Source: Methanobacteriota archaeon
GTDB lineage: Archaea; Halobacteriota; Bog-38; Methanoflorentales; Methanoflorentaceae
NCBI GenBank assembly: GCA_963701995.1
Contig: OY969693.1
Coordinates: 901,050-965,049, forward strand
DNA: 64,000 nt
Direction of reading: 5' to 3'
Positions 1 to 8,869 of the stretch are shown here, in pieces (position 1 is the first letter of the stretch; each line of letters begins with the position of its first letter). Made by a program: the position numbers and the translations under genes. A model generated the notes under the pieces. The model worked only from the letters and a program-made list of their open reading frames with translations. It made no database searches and was not told where the DNA came from.

Positions 1-876
1 GACCTTCTTACTTCCTGTCGTAGTATCGAGCGCGAGTCGCGCTCGCATATGCTCGGCCTTGTCCAAATCCTGTGCCGCGCGAACGCCACGGTGTGGCGTG
101 AGATCTGATGCGTGCTCGTTTCGACGTGGAATCGTGGGGGTCGCCCCTCCGTGAGGCGTTTTCCGTTGCCGCACTTTGATGAATGAAGGATCAGCGATAG
201 CCCCTTGGACGTAAAACTGTCCCGGTTCAAGTGCTGTCAGCTGGCGTGCATCATCCATCGAGGAGAAAAATATGCGCACCGAATCGATATCGTTTTTTAA
301 CGTCAGCTTTCCAATGAACACGTTATTGCACTGGCTCAGAACGTTCTTGTTCACCAAAGCAGGCCGCTGCGTAGCAAAAAGAACACCAAGGCCCCGTTTC
401 CTACCTCTTCTGCTAATTTGCTGCAAGATATCAAGTCCGCGCCCTCTCTGCGGAATATAAATGTCGGCCTCTTCGACGATGACTAAGAAAGGGTTCTGCC
501 GGTGGCGCCCCTGTCGGAACATCTCGGTCGCGACCCGATAAACGCTTTCCAAGAACGCATTTATGGCCTTTGGATCAGTCTCGGAAACGTCGAGGACTAT
601 TTTTTGTGACTCTTCGATGATTTTTCGGACCCGATCTTCATCGGTCGAAATGGGTTCAATGTCATCAATTACAGAGATGTTCCTGTGACCGGAGAGCCCT
701 GCGTATTCTCCTTCGGTATCGATCACGACGAATCCGAGATCACTTGCGGCAAGTTCTTCGCAGATCACACTCACGAGATAGCTTTTGCCGCTTCCGCTCT
801 GGCCGATAACGGCGCTTCGTTCAGTTACAAGGTACCCGGGGTCAATGCTGAACGTCTCTCCGATGTGGAGCTCCAT
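1..876 (-). CDS. HerA/DUF87-family P-loop ATPase (runs off the left edge; absent from the ORF track)
   Basis: Manual minus-strand translation from ATG at 876: MELHIGETFSIDPGYLVTERSAVIGQSGSGKS (Walker A), VVIDTEGEY, LVIVEEAD (Walker B), GRGRGLGVLFATQRPALVNKNVLSQC, which are HerA/FtsK motifs. Confidence 0.85.
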   Translation of the reverse strand, partial: MELHIGETFSIDPGYLVTERSAVIGQSGSGKSYLVSVICEELAASDLGFVVIDTEGEYAGLSGHRNISVIDDIEPISTDEDRVRKIIEESQKIVLDVSETDPKAINAFLESVYRVATEMFRQGRHRQNPFLVIVEEADIYIPQRGRGLDILQQISRRGRKRGLGVLFATQRPALVNKNVLSQCNNVFIGKLTLKNDIDSVRIFFSSMDDARQLTALEPGQFYVQGAIADPSFIKVRQRKTPHGGATPTIPRRNEHASDLTPHRGVRAAQDLDKAEHMRARLALDTTTGSKKV

Positions 877-1010
877 TGGTTCAACATGGCTTATTTGTCC
901 GATATAAGCTTAGTGTAATGCGACAAAATCCATCAAAGACCTTTTTGACGCCAAAATGCACTGCTCACTGCGCGCGAGCAGAATCGAGTTGTGGGAAGCT
1001 GGTCTTGCGA

Positions 1011-2123
1011 TTACTTGCGGGAGGCTATCAAGGTCACAGTATCGTTATCCAAAAGCACGTGGTTTAGCCCGACGCGCTGCCCCGCGTGTCTCGCACTCGC
1101 ACCCCACACTTGAGCGTATCTGAATCGTCTGGCGATACGTGCGTGCATGAGGTTGCAGACCTCTTCGATCGTAGAGTTGCGGCGCAAAATCAGTGGGTTT
1201 TCCATATCTGCCGCTTTGCCCGGGGGTTTCAGGTACACCCGAATGAATCTGAGTTTCTTAAAGATCAGCTCTTTTAGACCTTCGATGTTGGTGCCATGCT
1301 CCGCAGAAATGTGCACGTCCCCGAAACTTGCTGGCCCAGAAGACTGATCCATCTTGTTTACAACCGTTATTGCCGGTACGAAAAGTCTGCTGGGTACTAG
1401 GGCATCGACAAATCGATCGACATCGATGTCTTCTTTAAGAATGACGTCGGCGTTGTGGATCTTGAAGTCGTGTAAAATCGCTTTTATCGTAGCTTCGTCG
1501 ATCTCAGCAGCATTGGGAGTCCCGCTAATCGTAACCCCTCCGCGAGGTTTCTTGATTATCGCTACGTTTGGAGGGCGTTGATTTATCCTGATTCCGGCGT
1601 CATACAATTCTTTTTTGACTACTTCGACTTGATATTCGCTGAAAACGTCGACCACGATCAATATTAGGTCCGCACTTCTCACAACTGAAATTATCTCTTT
1701 TCCTCTGCCTTTTCCGACTGCTGCGCCGCCTATCAGTCCTGGGACGTCCAAGACTTGTATGTGCGCCCCTTTGTGGACCATGGAGCCAGGGATGACATTT
1801 AGTGTCGTGAAATCGTAAGCTCCAACTGGTGATTTCGCGTTAGTGAGCGCGTTTAGCAGGGTTGACTTTCCCGCGGACGGATATCCAACTAACACGCAGG
1901 TAGCGTCACCGGACTTTCGTGGAGCAAATCCGATTCCCTTATGCGAACCCCTTGACTCTCGCTTCTCCTTCAGCCGCGCAAGTTTCGCTTTTAGACGACC
2001 GATGTGGAGTTGTGTCGCTTTGTTGTATGGTGTGTCGCGTATCTCAGTCTCTATTTCGCTGATTTGCTCTTCTATACTACTCACGCGATTTCCTGATCGT
2101 TTCACAGTCATCAACGTCTTCAA
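1011..2123 (-). CDS. DRG/OBG-family GTP-binding protein with C-terminal TGS domain
   Basis: TPYNKATQLHIGRLKAKLA, GYPSAGKST, YDFTT, DVPG, NKMD, QRVGLNHVL; real start may be ATG 2111. Confidence 0.95.
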   Translation of the reverse strand: MKTLMTVKRSGNRVSSIEEQISEIETEIRDTPYNKATQLHIGRLKAKLARLKEKRESRGSHKGIGFAPRKSGDATCVLVGYPSAGKSTLLNALTNAKSPVGAYDFTTLNVIPGSMVHKGAHIQVLDVPGLIGGAAVGKGRGKEIISVVRSADLILIVVDVFSEYQVEVVKKELYDAGIRINQRPPNVAIIKKPRGGVTISGTPNAAEIDEATIKAILHDFKIHNADVILKEDIDVDRFVDALVPSRLFVPAITVVNKMDQSSGPASFGDVHISAEHGTNIEGLKELIFKKLRFIRVYLKPPGKAADMENPLILRRNSTIEEVCNLMHARIARRFRYAQVWGASARHAGQRVGLNHVLLDNDTVTLIASRK

Positions 2124-2161
2124 CGAATGCAGAGGGAAGGCCGCATATCTTTAAAAAAAAG

Positions 2162-2563
2162 TTAGGCTTTGCTTCGCGAGTGAACTTTCGTGTTCACCAA
2201 AACGAACTTCGTTCTCTCTCCTCGGATAGCGACGAGATAGACGTGCGGCTCATTTGATGCCATGCATTCCATCCATTTCTTGTGCAACGTTCCATCTGAG
2301 GAAATGGGGGGCGATCCGTTTCTCGCGCGAAGCTCGTTGATGCAATACACAAAATCTGACTCAGATAAGCGCGCGACCTTAGATTTCATGCCGATGTTGC
2401 GAGGCCACCACACTTGCAGCTCTTTCCTTATGTCGTTTATGAAGCTGACATTCGGCATCTTGCTTTCAAGACTCTCAATGACTTCGATCTCACAATCTCC
2501 GTCATCTAAGCCATAATAGCATTTCGCCACGAATTTGGCTAGCTCTCGGTCGCGTTTTCCCAA
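2162..2563 (-). CDS. hypothetical protein
   Basis: 133-aa ORF with protein-like composition, co-oriented with the DRG gene; no motif recognised. Confidence 0.6.
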   Translation of the reverse strand: MGKRDRELAKFVAKCYYGLDDGDCEIEVIESLESKMPNVSFINDIRKELQVWWPRNIGMKSKVARLSESDFVYCINELRARNGSPPISSDGTLHKKWMECMASNEPHVYLVAIRGERTKFVLVNTKVHSRSKA

Positions 2564-3135
2564 AAATAAGTCCCATATTAAGATTTGCGATCAAAGTATT
2601 TCAACGTTGCGTAATAAGTCGCAGCTAACGCGCTTTTCTCGTGTTTAACAACTGTGAGTCGCGTTTTTCAAAAAAAGCGTATGCTAATCGAGGACTGAAA
2701 TCGAACGCAGTTTGGTTCGTACCTCGAAAGAAACCACGCTTTCACGTTGGTGATTGTCACAGTAGAGGCCGGTTTGCCCTCAAGCAAATGAATGCGTGGC
2801 TCCTAGCGAGATAACGCAAAAATAGAGATTCCTGTCGCTTCTTGTGTCATTCGGCGGACGACGTTAAAACCTGGTGCGCGTGTTACATGAGTAGTTCTAG
2901 CCACTCATCGAGCAGCGAACAGTACTCTGGATTACATACTTCGTGACATCCTATACACGGAGCTATCTTACCTTGCGCTAAGAGTAGGTCGTGCTTGCTT
3001 TTTTCGCTTTGTGTTGCGTTCACGGTTTAGCACCTTTCTCGGGTGTCGAGCAACCCAGCCACGATCACAGGGGAATGCCAGACAATATGTTAGAGCATCG
3101 GTTGTTCTCTCGAAGCAGGTTCAGTTAATTCCGGA

Positions 3136-3360
3136 CTAGTCGTTTACAGGGTTTAGAAGAATGATGTTATTGCCGCGAAGTACGACCGACCCTAGAACGC
3201 GGGACTTTTGTCCATCAACGACTTCAGTGGTGTTTGTAAGATGCAAGTTTAGATAGTCATCTGCACTCATCAGTAGGCCTTCGAGCACGCATTTTTCGCC
3301 CTTCATCTCGACTTGGATCTTGGAACCAACCAGATTTTGAACCTTCTTTGACGGGAACAA
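3136..3360 (-). CDS. Sm-like archaeal protein (LSm domain)
   Basis: Sm1 motif G.L.S.DDYLNL.L and Sm2 motif LGSVVLRGNNI; GAGGA-type RBS upstream of a TTG start. Confidence 0.92.
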   Translation of the reverse strand: MFPSKKVQNLVGSKIQVEMKGEKCVLEGLLMSADDYLNLHLTNTTEVVDGQKSRVLGSVVLRGNNIILLNPVND

Positions 3361-3523
3361 TTTAAATCCTCACATAAAATTGGCTTTTCGAATACTTTAA
3401 TATTTTGTTCGTTTTTGTCGCCGAAAATTGCTGCACAAAAAATCAGTCGCTGATAATTCAAGCTTACTTGTAGCCGCACTAAGTCCCACATTTCACGGAT
3501 TAGCTCGCGAAGAAGGAGCCTTA

Positions 3524-3991
3524 CTACCCGTAAAGCACGAAGACGACGACTGCGGCACAGGAGAACAAGATGATTGATGTATTGGCCAAAGGGCTATCGT
3601 ACTTGCACAGGTGCGCCGAAAAACGGTGACGGCTGAGCGGCCAGAGCAGCGGACAACCTGACACCGTCAGCGAATCGAGAAGGATATGGCTTGTGATGGC
3701 CGCTGTGACAGCGGGTATGACGATTAGATCGAGTGGCGTGTATGGCGAGAGCACGACGTAGGAAAGACATGCGCCCGCCGCTGCGGTGAAGATCGAGTGC
3801 GAAAATCCACTTCGGTGACCGATGAGTCGTAGCGGCAGACGCGCGTCGACGTCAGGAAGTGACCCCAGCAGCAGCGAAACTGTGGCAGACAGCAGCAAGA
3901 ACAACTTGTTTGTCGCGGTTGGGAAGAGCGCGATCTCGCTAACGACGATGCAGAAAGCGAAAGCGAAAATCGAGTGTGTTAGGGCTTTCAC
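3524..3991 (-). CDS. membrane-bound metal-dependent hydrolase (YdjM/DUF457 family)
   Basis: TH, GSLLPDVD-like (GSLPDVD), GHRSGFSHS, SHILLDSLT..G..LLWP motifs with TM helices. Confidence 0.88.
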   Translation of the reverse strand: MKALTHSIFAFAFCIVVSEIALFPTATNKLFLLLSATVSLLLGSLPDVDARLPLRLIGHRSGFSHSIFTAAAGACLSYVVLSPYTPLDLIVIPAVTAAITSHILLDSLTVSGCPLLWPLSRHRFSAHLCKYDSPLANTSIILFSCAAVVVFVLYG

Positions 3992-4104
3992 AACACCACG
4001 TTGTTAGCAGCTTTCGTTAAGTAAATATATGGTCGTGCGTGACTGTAGGTAGCAGCGTGCGCCGCTCGGATGAGCAGTTTTGCGCTCGTATAGAAGGTAG
4101 CTAT

Positions 4105-4177
4105 AGCCCGGTAGTGTAGCGGTCAATCATGTGAGACTCTGGATCTCACGACCACGGTTCGAATCCGTGCCGGGCTA
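4105..4177 (+). tRNA. tRNA-Gln(CTG)
   Basis: Cloverleaf with acceptor AGCCCGG/CCGGGCT (A1-U72, typical of archaeal tRNA-Gln), anticodon arm TGAGA-CT-CTG-GA-TCTCA, T-loop GTTCGAATC. Confidence 0.97.
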
Positions 4178-4184
4178 TCTGTTT

Positions 4185-5723
4185 TCAAGTGAGTGGTTCG
4201 AGTCGCAGCTTCCCCCGCGTACGCTCCCACTCATCGAGAGGGATGCTGTACTTCTTTTCGATGGCATCTCGGTAGCAGGGGCCACTATTGTACGCGCAAA
4301 ATGGGATGATTAGTCCGCCAGGGACTGCGTAGTGAATAGCGCAACGTTTGACCCGTTCCACGTCGTAGTTGTAGGCGTCCATGAAATGCATGCCGCCGAC
4401 AAAAATAGTTTGCTTATGAAAGTCTCCGAGCGCTTTGTAGTCGTGCGTCAGCAAGACCGTCTTGATCAATTCCTTAAACTGAATTGACTTCGGCTGATTC
4501 TCCTCTTTGACGACCGAATTTAGTGCTAGCAGTCCTCGCATAAGCGCTGCCGGCTTACGCAGCACACCGCCGTTATTCAGTTTGTTCGCAAGCTTCTGGG
4601 TAAGCTCAAAGAATTTGTCAACGTCCACGAATCTATTTATCGGGATGAGCTTCCCGTCCTCGACGAACAAGTAGGTGGCGATGCCACAGTGCGGATGGCA
4701 GCTAAACTCGATCTGCGGCGCTCCTGTGTACGCCTCAATGAGTTTTGAGATCGAAACGACACACGGCACGGGATAAAAGTCGTCAGCCTTTACTTGTCCG
4801 CCAGTCTGCTGTTCTATGTCACACGCGAGATCAGGTAGGGTAAACCTCTGTGCGTTTCTTACGGCCGGTGCTAAATCGTTCGCAGCGCCGGTGAAAGCCA
4901 TTGGTTGGAAGTTGACCCCTCTGATTACGTCCACGTTTTGAGCTGCAAAAAGGATTATTTTGCCGACTTCGTGATCATTTAGCCCGCGACCGATTGTAGG
5001 AACCAGCACTACGCCTTGGCCCACATCTCTGCAGTTCTCGATGGCTTTCTTTTTTAGCTCGATGAGACTGTCGGTCTGCTTGGATACGCCGTTGAATTGA
5101 AGATATACTGTGTTCAGCCCGGCGCGTCTGAGCGTGCCTGCGAGGGTTTCATCTTTTGCAAGCCTGATGCCATTAGTGGCAATTTGGGTCTGAATAAAAC
5201 CCATATCAACCGCCATTTTAATGATCTCGGGGAGATCGTCCCTCAGCGTTGGTTCGCCGCCCGAAAACTGCACGGCAAGTGTCGGAACAGGTCGTTCTTC
5301 GCGCAGTGTTGTAAGCATATCTGTAAGTTGCTCGAACGTAGGCTCATAGACGTACCCCCGTGCGTGGGCATTAGCAAAACACCATTCGCAGCGCAAGTTG
5401 CACCGGTTGGTGACATCCACGTTTGCGAGACACGTCGACGTCAGATGAACATCGCAGAGGCCGCATTCGAGTGGGCACGCGTCGTGAAGCGTCAGTTGTG
5501 GGTTCTGTACTCCTTTTCCAGCGTACGCAAAGCGCTCAGCCTTGTGGTACATGTCTGCGCTGGACCAGTACAACTCGTCGAACACGCCGTGATCAGGACA
5601 TCTCTTGGCCATCCACACCTGGCCGTCCTTCTCGTAGATGGTAGCTTCAATGGGCTTCAGGCATTCGTGGCACAAGGAGTTTGTCCGCTTAGGTAATGTG
5701 ACAGGCACTTCATAAATTGACAT
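4185..5723 (-). CDS. tes: tetraether lipid synthase Tes (GDGT macrocyclase, radical SAM)
   Basis: N-terminal rubredoxin-like SLCHEC...CPDHG, CPLECGLCDVH cluster motif, CNLRCEWC radical-SAM motif, FSCHPHCG, C-terminal CAIHY...IPFCAYN; ~510 aa. Confidence 0.88.
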   Translation of the reverse strand: MSIYEVPVTLPKRTNSLCHECLKPIEATIYEKDGQVWMAKRCPDHGVFDELYWSSADMYHKAERFAYAGKGVQNPQLTLHDACPLECGLCDVHLTSTCLANVDVTNRCNLRCEWCFANAHARGYVYEPTFEQLTDMLTTLREERPVPTLAVQFSGGEPTLRDDLPEIIKMAVDMGFIQTQIATNGIRLAKDETLAGTLRRAGLNTVYLQFNGVSKQTDSLIELKKKAIENCRDVGQGVVLVPTIGRGLNDHEVGKIILFAAQNVDVIRGVNFQPMAFTGAANDLAPAVRNAQRFTLPDLACDIEQQTGGQVKADDFYPVPCVVSISKLIEAYTGAPQIEFSCHPHCGIATYLFVEDGKLIPINRFVDVDKFFELTQKLANKLNNGGVLRKPAALMRGLLALNSVVKEENQPKSIQFKELIKTVLLTHDYKALGDFHKQTIFVGGMHFMDAYNYDVERVKRCAIHYAVPGGLIIPFCAYNSGPCYRDAIEKKYSIPLDEWERTRGKLRLEPLT

Positions 5724-5899
5724 GCAGTTCTCCAGCGTTTCCTTGTTTCCTGAAAGAGCTTTTATTTTGTTACTATTATTATTTTGTGCTTTGATAGTGC
5801 CGGGTGCAGAGCGGCAGTTGCACCGTGCTCCTCGCGATTACGGACCAATTCGACCGCCGGAGACAGATTTAATATGTATGATGCGCCTTTCGCAATGCA

Positions 5900-6433
5900 A
5901 TGCTTGCGCTCATTATTGATGCCCTGTGGCTGATGCTCCCTGCATACGTGCCTAACTCGAGTGCCGTCCTATTTGCGGGAAAAACTCCTCTCGATCTCGG
6001 TCGGAACTTTGTCGACGGAAGAAGGGTTTTTGGACCGGGCAAGACGTTCAGGGGGTTAATCGGCGGGACATTGTCGGGAATCGCAGTGGGTCTGCTCCTG
6101 CAACTCATCAAAAACAGCACGCAGATCGGCGTGCCCTCATTTGAGCCTGTTTCTGTGGTAGTCACTTTATCATTAGGGGCGATGCTCGGAGACCTCACCA
6201 AGAGCTTCTTCAAGAGGAGGCTGGGGATCGATAGGGGGGGCCCGCTTCCTATTGCCGATCAGCTCGACTTCGTCATCGGTGCGTGGGTGCTCACATATAT
6301 TTTTTTTAGCGGCTGGTTCACCCTCAACTTTACGCTCCCCGTAATGGTCGTCGTCCTGATCGTAAGTCCGCTCTTGCATCTCGCCGTCAACTTCATTGGG
6401 TTCAAGCTTGGTAAGAAAAAGGAGCCGTGGTAA
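5900..6433 (+). CDS. carS: CDP-archaeol synthase (CDP-2,3-bis-O-geranylgeranyl-sn-glycerol synthase)
   Basis: PAYVPN, P.D.G....DGRR.FG.GKT.RG, GDL.KSFFKRR, DQLDF, C-terminal K.EPW. Confidence 0.93.
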   Translation: MLALIIDALWLMLPAYVPNSSAVLFAGKTPLDLGRNFVDGRRVFGPGKTFRGLIGGTLSGIAVGLLLQLIKNSTQIGVPSFEPVSVVVTLSLGAMLGDLTKSFFKRRLGIDRGGPLPIADQLDFVIGAWVLTYIFFSGWFTLNFTLPVMVVVLIVSPLLHLAVNFIGFKLGKKKEPW

Positions 6434-7336
6434 CTAACAGAGCAGCTTTAGTAGCAAGGCCTTGTGGGCGTGCAATCGGTTTTCCGCTTGATCAAAAACG
6501 GCTGAATGTGGTCCATCCATCACTTCGTCAGTGATCTCCTGCCCCCGGTGAGCGGGCAGACAGTGGAGAACGATCGCGTCACTCTTTGCTGCATCGAGCA
6601 CCTTGCTGTCAATGCGGTACTCAGAGAACGCGCGCGCACGCAGTGCAGAGGCTGCTTCGTCTCCCATGGAAACCCAGGTGTCTGTATATAAAATATCTGC
6701 AGCGGAGGCCGCTTCGAGCGGATCGCGAAGGATTCTCACGGCGGACAGCTGCTGAGCTCTGCGCAGAATCTCGCCGTCCGGTTCATAACCGGGGGGGCAC
6801 GCGACGTCAACGCTCATACCCATCAGCGCGCACGATAGTATTGCTGAATTGCAGACGTTATTTCCGTCTCCAATCCACGCGAGTTTCAAACCGCTGAGCG
6901 CCCCCTTCTTTTCATAAATCGTCATCAGGTCTGCGAGTAGCTGACACGGGTGCTCGATGTCCGAAAGGGCGTTAATCACGGGAACTGAGGCGTTTCTGGC
7001 CATGTCAATGACCGTTAAATGGCTGTTCGCACGCATGATGATACAGCTCAGATACCTCGAGAGCACGCGCGCCGTATCCGCAGTCGTCTCCCCCCGCCCC
7101 AACTGAAGATCATTCCAGTTCAAGTAGATAGGGTGTCCACCCAGCTCGACCGCCGCAACCTCAAACGCCGTTCGCGTTCGAGTCGAGGGTTTTTCAAATA
7201 TCATCCCTAGAGTTTTGTGCTCTAAACCGTTCGAGAATATCCCTTTTGATCGTTCTCCTTTAAGGCGGATGGCAAGCTGGAGGATCTCGAAGATTTCATC
7301 TTTCGTTAAATCGCCGATAGAAATAAGGTTCTTCAT
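6434..7336 (-). CDS. argF: ornithine carbamoyltransferase
   Basis: FEKPSTRTR, HPCQ, DGNNV, WVSMG, HCLP motifs. Confidence 0.96.
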   Translation of the reverse strand: MKNLISIGDLTKDEIFEILQLAIRLKGERSKGIFSNGLEHKTLGMIFEKPSTRTRTAFEVAAVELGGHPIYLNWNDLQLGRGETTADTARVLSRYLSCIIMRANSHLTVIDMARNASVPVINALSDIEHPCQLLADLMTIYEKKGALSGLKLAWIGDGNNVCNSAILSCALMGMSVDVACPPGYEPDGEILRRAQQLSAVRILRDPLEAASAADILYTDTWVSMGDEAASALRARAFSEYRIDSKVLDAAKSDAIVLHCLPAHRGQEITDEVMDGPHSAVFDQAENRLHAHKALLLKLLC

Positions 7337-7366
7337 TGTGAATCCTTTGAGGGGCGCACTTCTTAG

Positions 7367-8647
7367 CTACGCGTCCCTGATGCGCTTCATGTGCTCAACG
7401 CGACTCTGTACCAACTCTTTTTTCCCGATGTCGTGCCGCGCAAATACGTCACCCTTTATACACTGAAGTGCCCGCTCTGCTTGGTGCTCGGCATTTTCTA
7501 TTGTCTCTGCCACCCCGAGGACTGCCAAAGCGCGAGATGTGGTGGTGACGATCGTGCCGTCGCGGTCGTCGACGCTTGCATAAAACAGCGCGGCATCGAT
7601 GTGGTCCGTATCGATGGTGATCTCAGTTGGCTTGGGGTTCGTTGGATAGCCGGCCGGCACAACATATTTACAGACCGTGGCACGAAGTTCGTAATCAGCC
7701 TGCTTCAACGCGCCATCAACAGCCGATTCTGCGAGCTCAATGAAGTCGGATTTGAGGAGTGGAAGAATGTTCATCGCCTCGGGATCCCCGAATCGACAGT
7801 TGAACTCCACGACCATGGGTCCTGTTCGCGTAAGCATGAATTGGCCGTACAAGATACCCTTGAACGTAATACCCTCACGTTTCAGCGCGTTTATCGTATC
7901 TTGCATTATGGTTACAGCAGCGCGATAGTCATCTTCATTCATGAAAGGTAGGACATAGGACTTGTCTGTGTACGAACCCATCCCACCCGTGTTCGGTCCG
8001 AGGTCGCCCTCAAAGGCGCGCTTGTGATCTTGAACCGCTGGTGCGGGTGCTAACACGTTCCCGTCAGCGAATGCTTGCACGGTGAATTCTTCCCCAGAAA
8101 GGCGCTCTTCAATAACCACAGGCCCTCGAAGCGTTTTTAGGTAGTCTTTGCCCTCAGAATAGCTATTGATGACTACAACACCCTTTCCGCCCGTCAAACC
8201 AACTGGCTTGATTACGAACCCTTCTTCATCGATGTTGTCTTTGATGAAGCGATCTGCGTCACTTAAATCGTCGAACAGCGCGTACTTAGGGCATCCTCTG
8301 ATGCCTTTTTCGGACATGAAAGAGCGGGCCCATCCCTTATCTGATTCGATTCTAGCTGCCTGTCGCGTAGGTCCAAAAGCGCGCACACCGCGATGGTCGA
8401 GCACATCCACGATCCCCTCTGCCAGGGGCGCCTCAGGCCCGATCACTACCAGATCGGCGCGGCGGGCGTAATCTGCCACCTTATCTAAGTCTGTTTCGTT
8501 GACGAGGAGGTAATCTTCGCATAATCGGGCGATGCCTGGGTTTTTGTACTTCATTGCGGCGTAGAGTGTCGGCTCTTCGACGCTCCGGGCAATGGCCATC
8601 GCCATGGCGTGTTCACGACCGCCTGAACCTACTAGCAGGACCTTCAT
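7367..8647 (-). CDS. purD: phosphoribosylamine-glycine ligase
   Basis: GSGGREHA, GPEAPL, GGKGV, QDHKR...GPNTGGMG, EFNCRFGDPE. Confidence 0.97.
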   Translation of the reverse strand: MKVLLVGSGGREHAMAMAIARSVEEPTLYAAMKYKNPGIARLCEDYLLVNETDLDKVADYARRADLVVIGPEAPLAEGIVDVLDHRGVRAFGPTRQAARIESDKGWARSFMSEKGIRGCPKYALFDDLSDADRFIKDNIDEEGFVIKPVGLTGGKGVVVINSYSEGKDYLKTLRGPVVIEERLSGEEFTVQAFADGNVLAPAPAVQDHKRAFEGDLGPNTGGMGSYTDKSYVLPFMNEDDYRAAVTIMQDTINALKREGITFKGILYGQFMLTRTGPMVVEFNCRFGDPEAMNILPLLKSDFIELAESAVDGALKQADYELRATVCKYVVPAGYPTNPKPTEITIDTDHIDAALFYASVDDRDGTIVTTTSRALAVLGVAETIENAEHQAERALQCIKGDVFARHDIGKKELVQSRVEHMKRIRDA

Positions 8648-8869
8648 GTTGTGGTGGGTAAGTCATTTTCCGATAAAAAGCTATGCAGACTAGGGACACA
8701 GACAAATATTAGACAAATAATATATAAATGCTCAGCGGTGTTCGCCGGCAACAGCTATATGAGCTGCTAATCCAGAATAAATTAGTCAAGAGCAAAAATC
8801 GGAACTTTTATAGATCATCACGACCCCCTATGTTTGGGGCCCTCGAAACAATTTTAACGAGACGGTTGA

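Noticed and set aside
2950-3135. rpl37e expected downstream of the Sm gene
   Set aside because: No Zn-ribbon rpl37e-like ORF is present; this Sm is probably the second paralog.
8730-8869. glmS ribozyme in the glmS leader
   Set aside because: No recognisable core sequence, and the element is known from bacteria.
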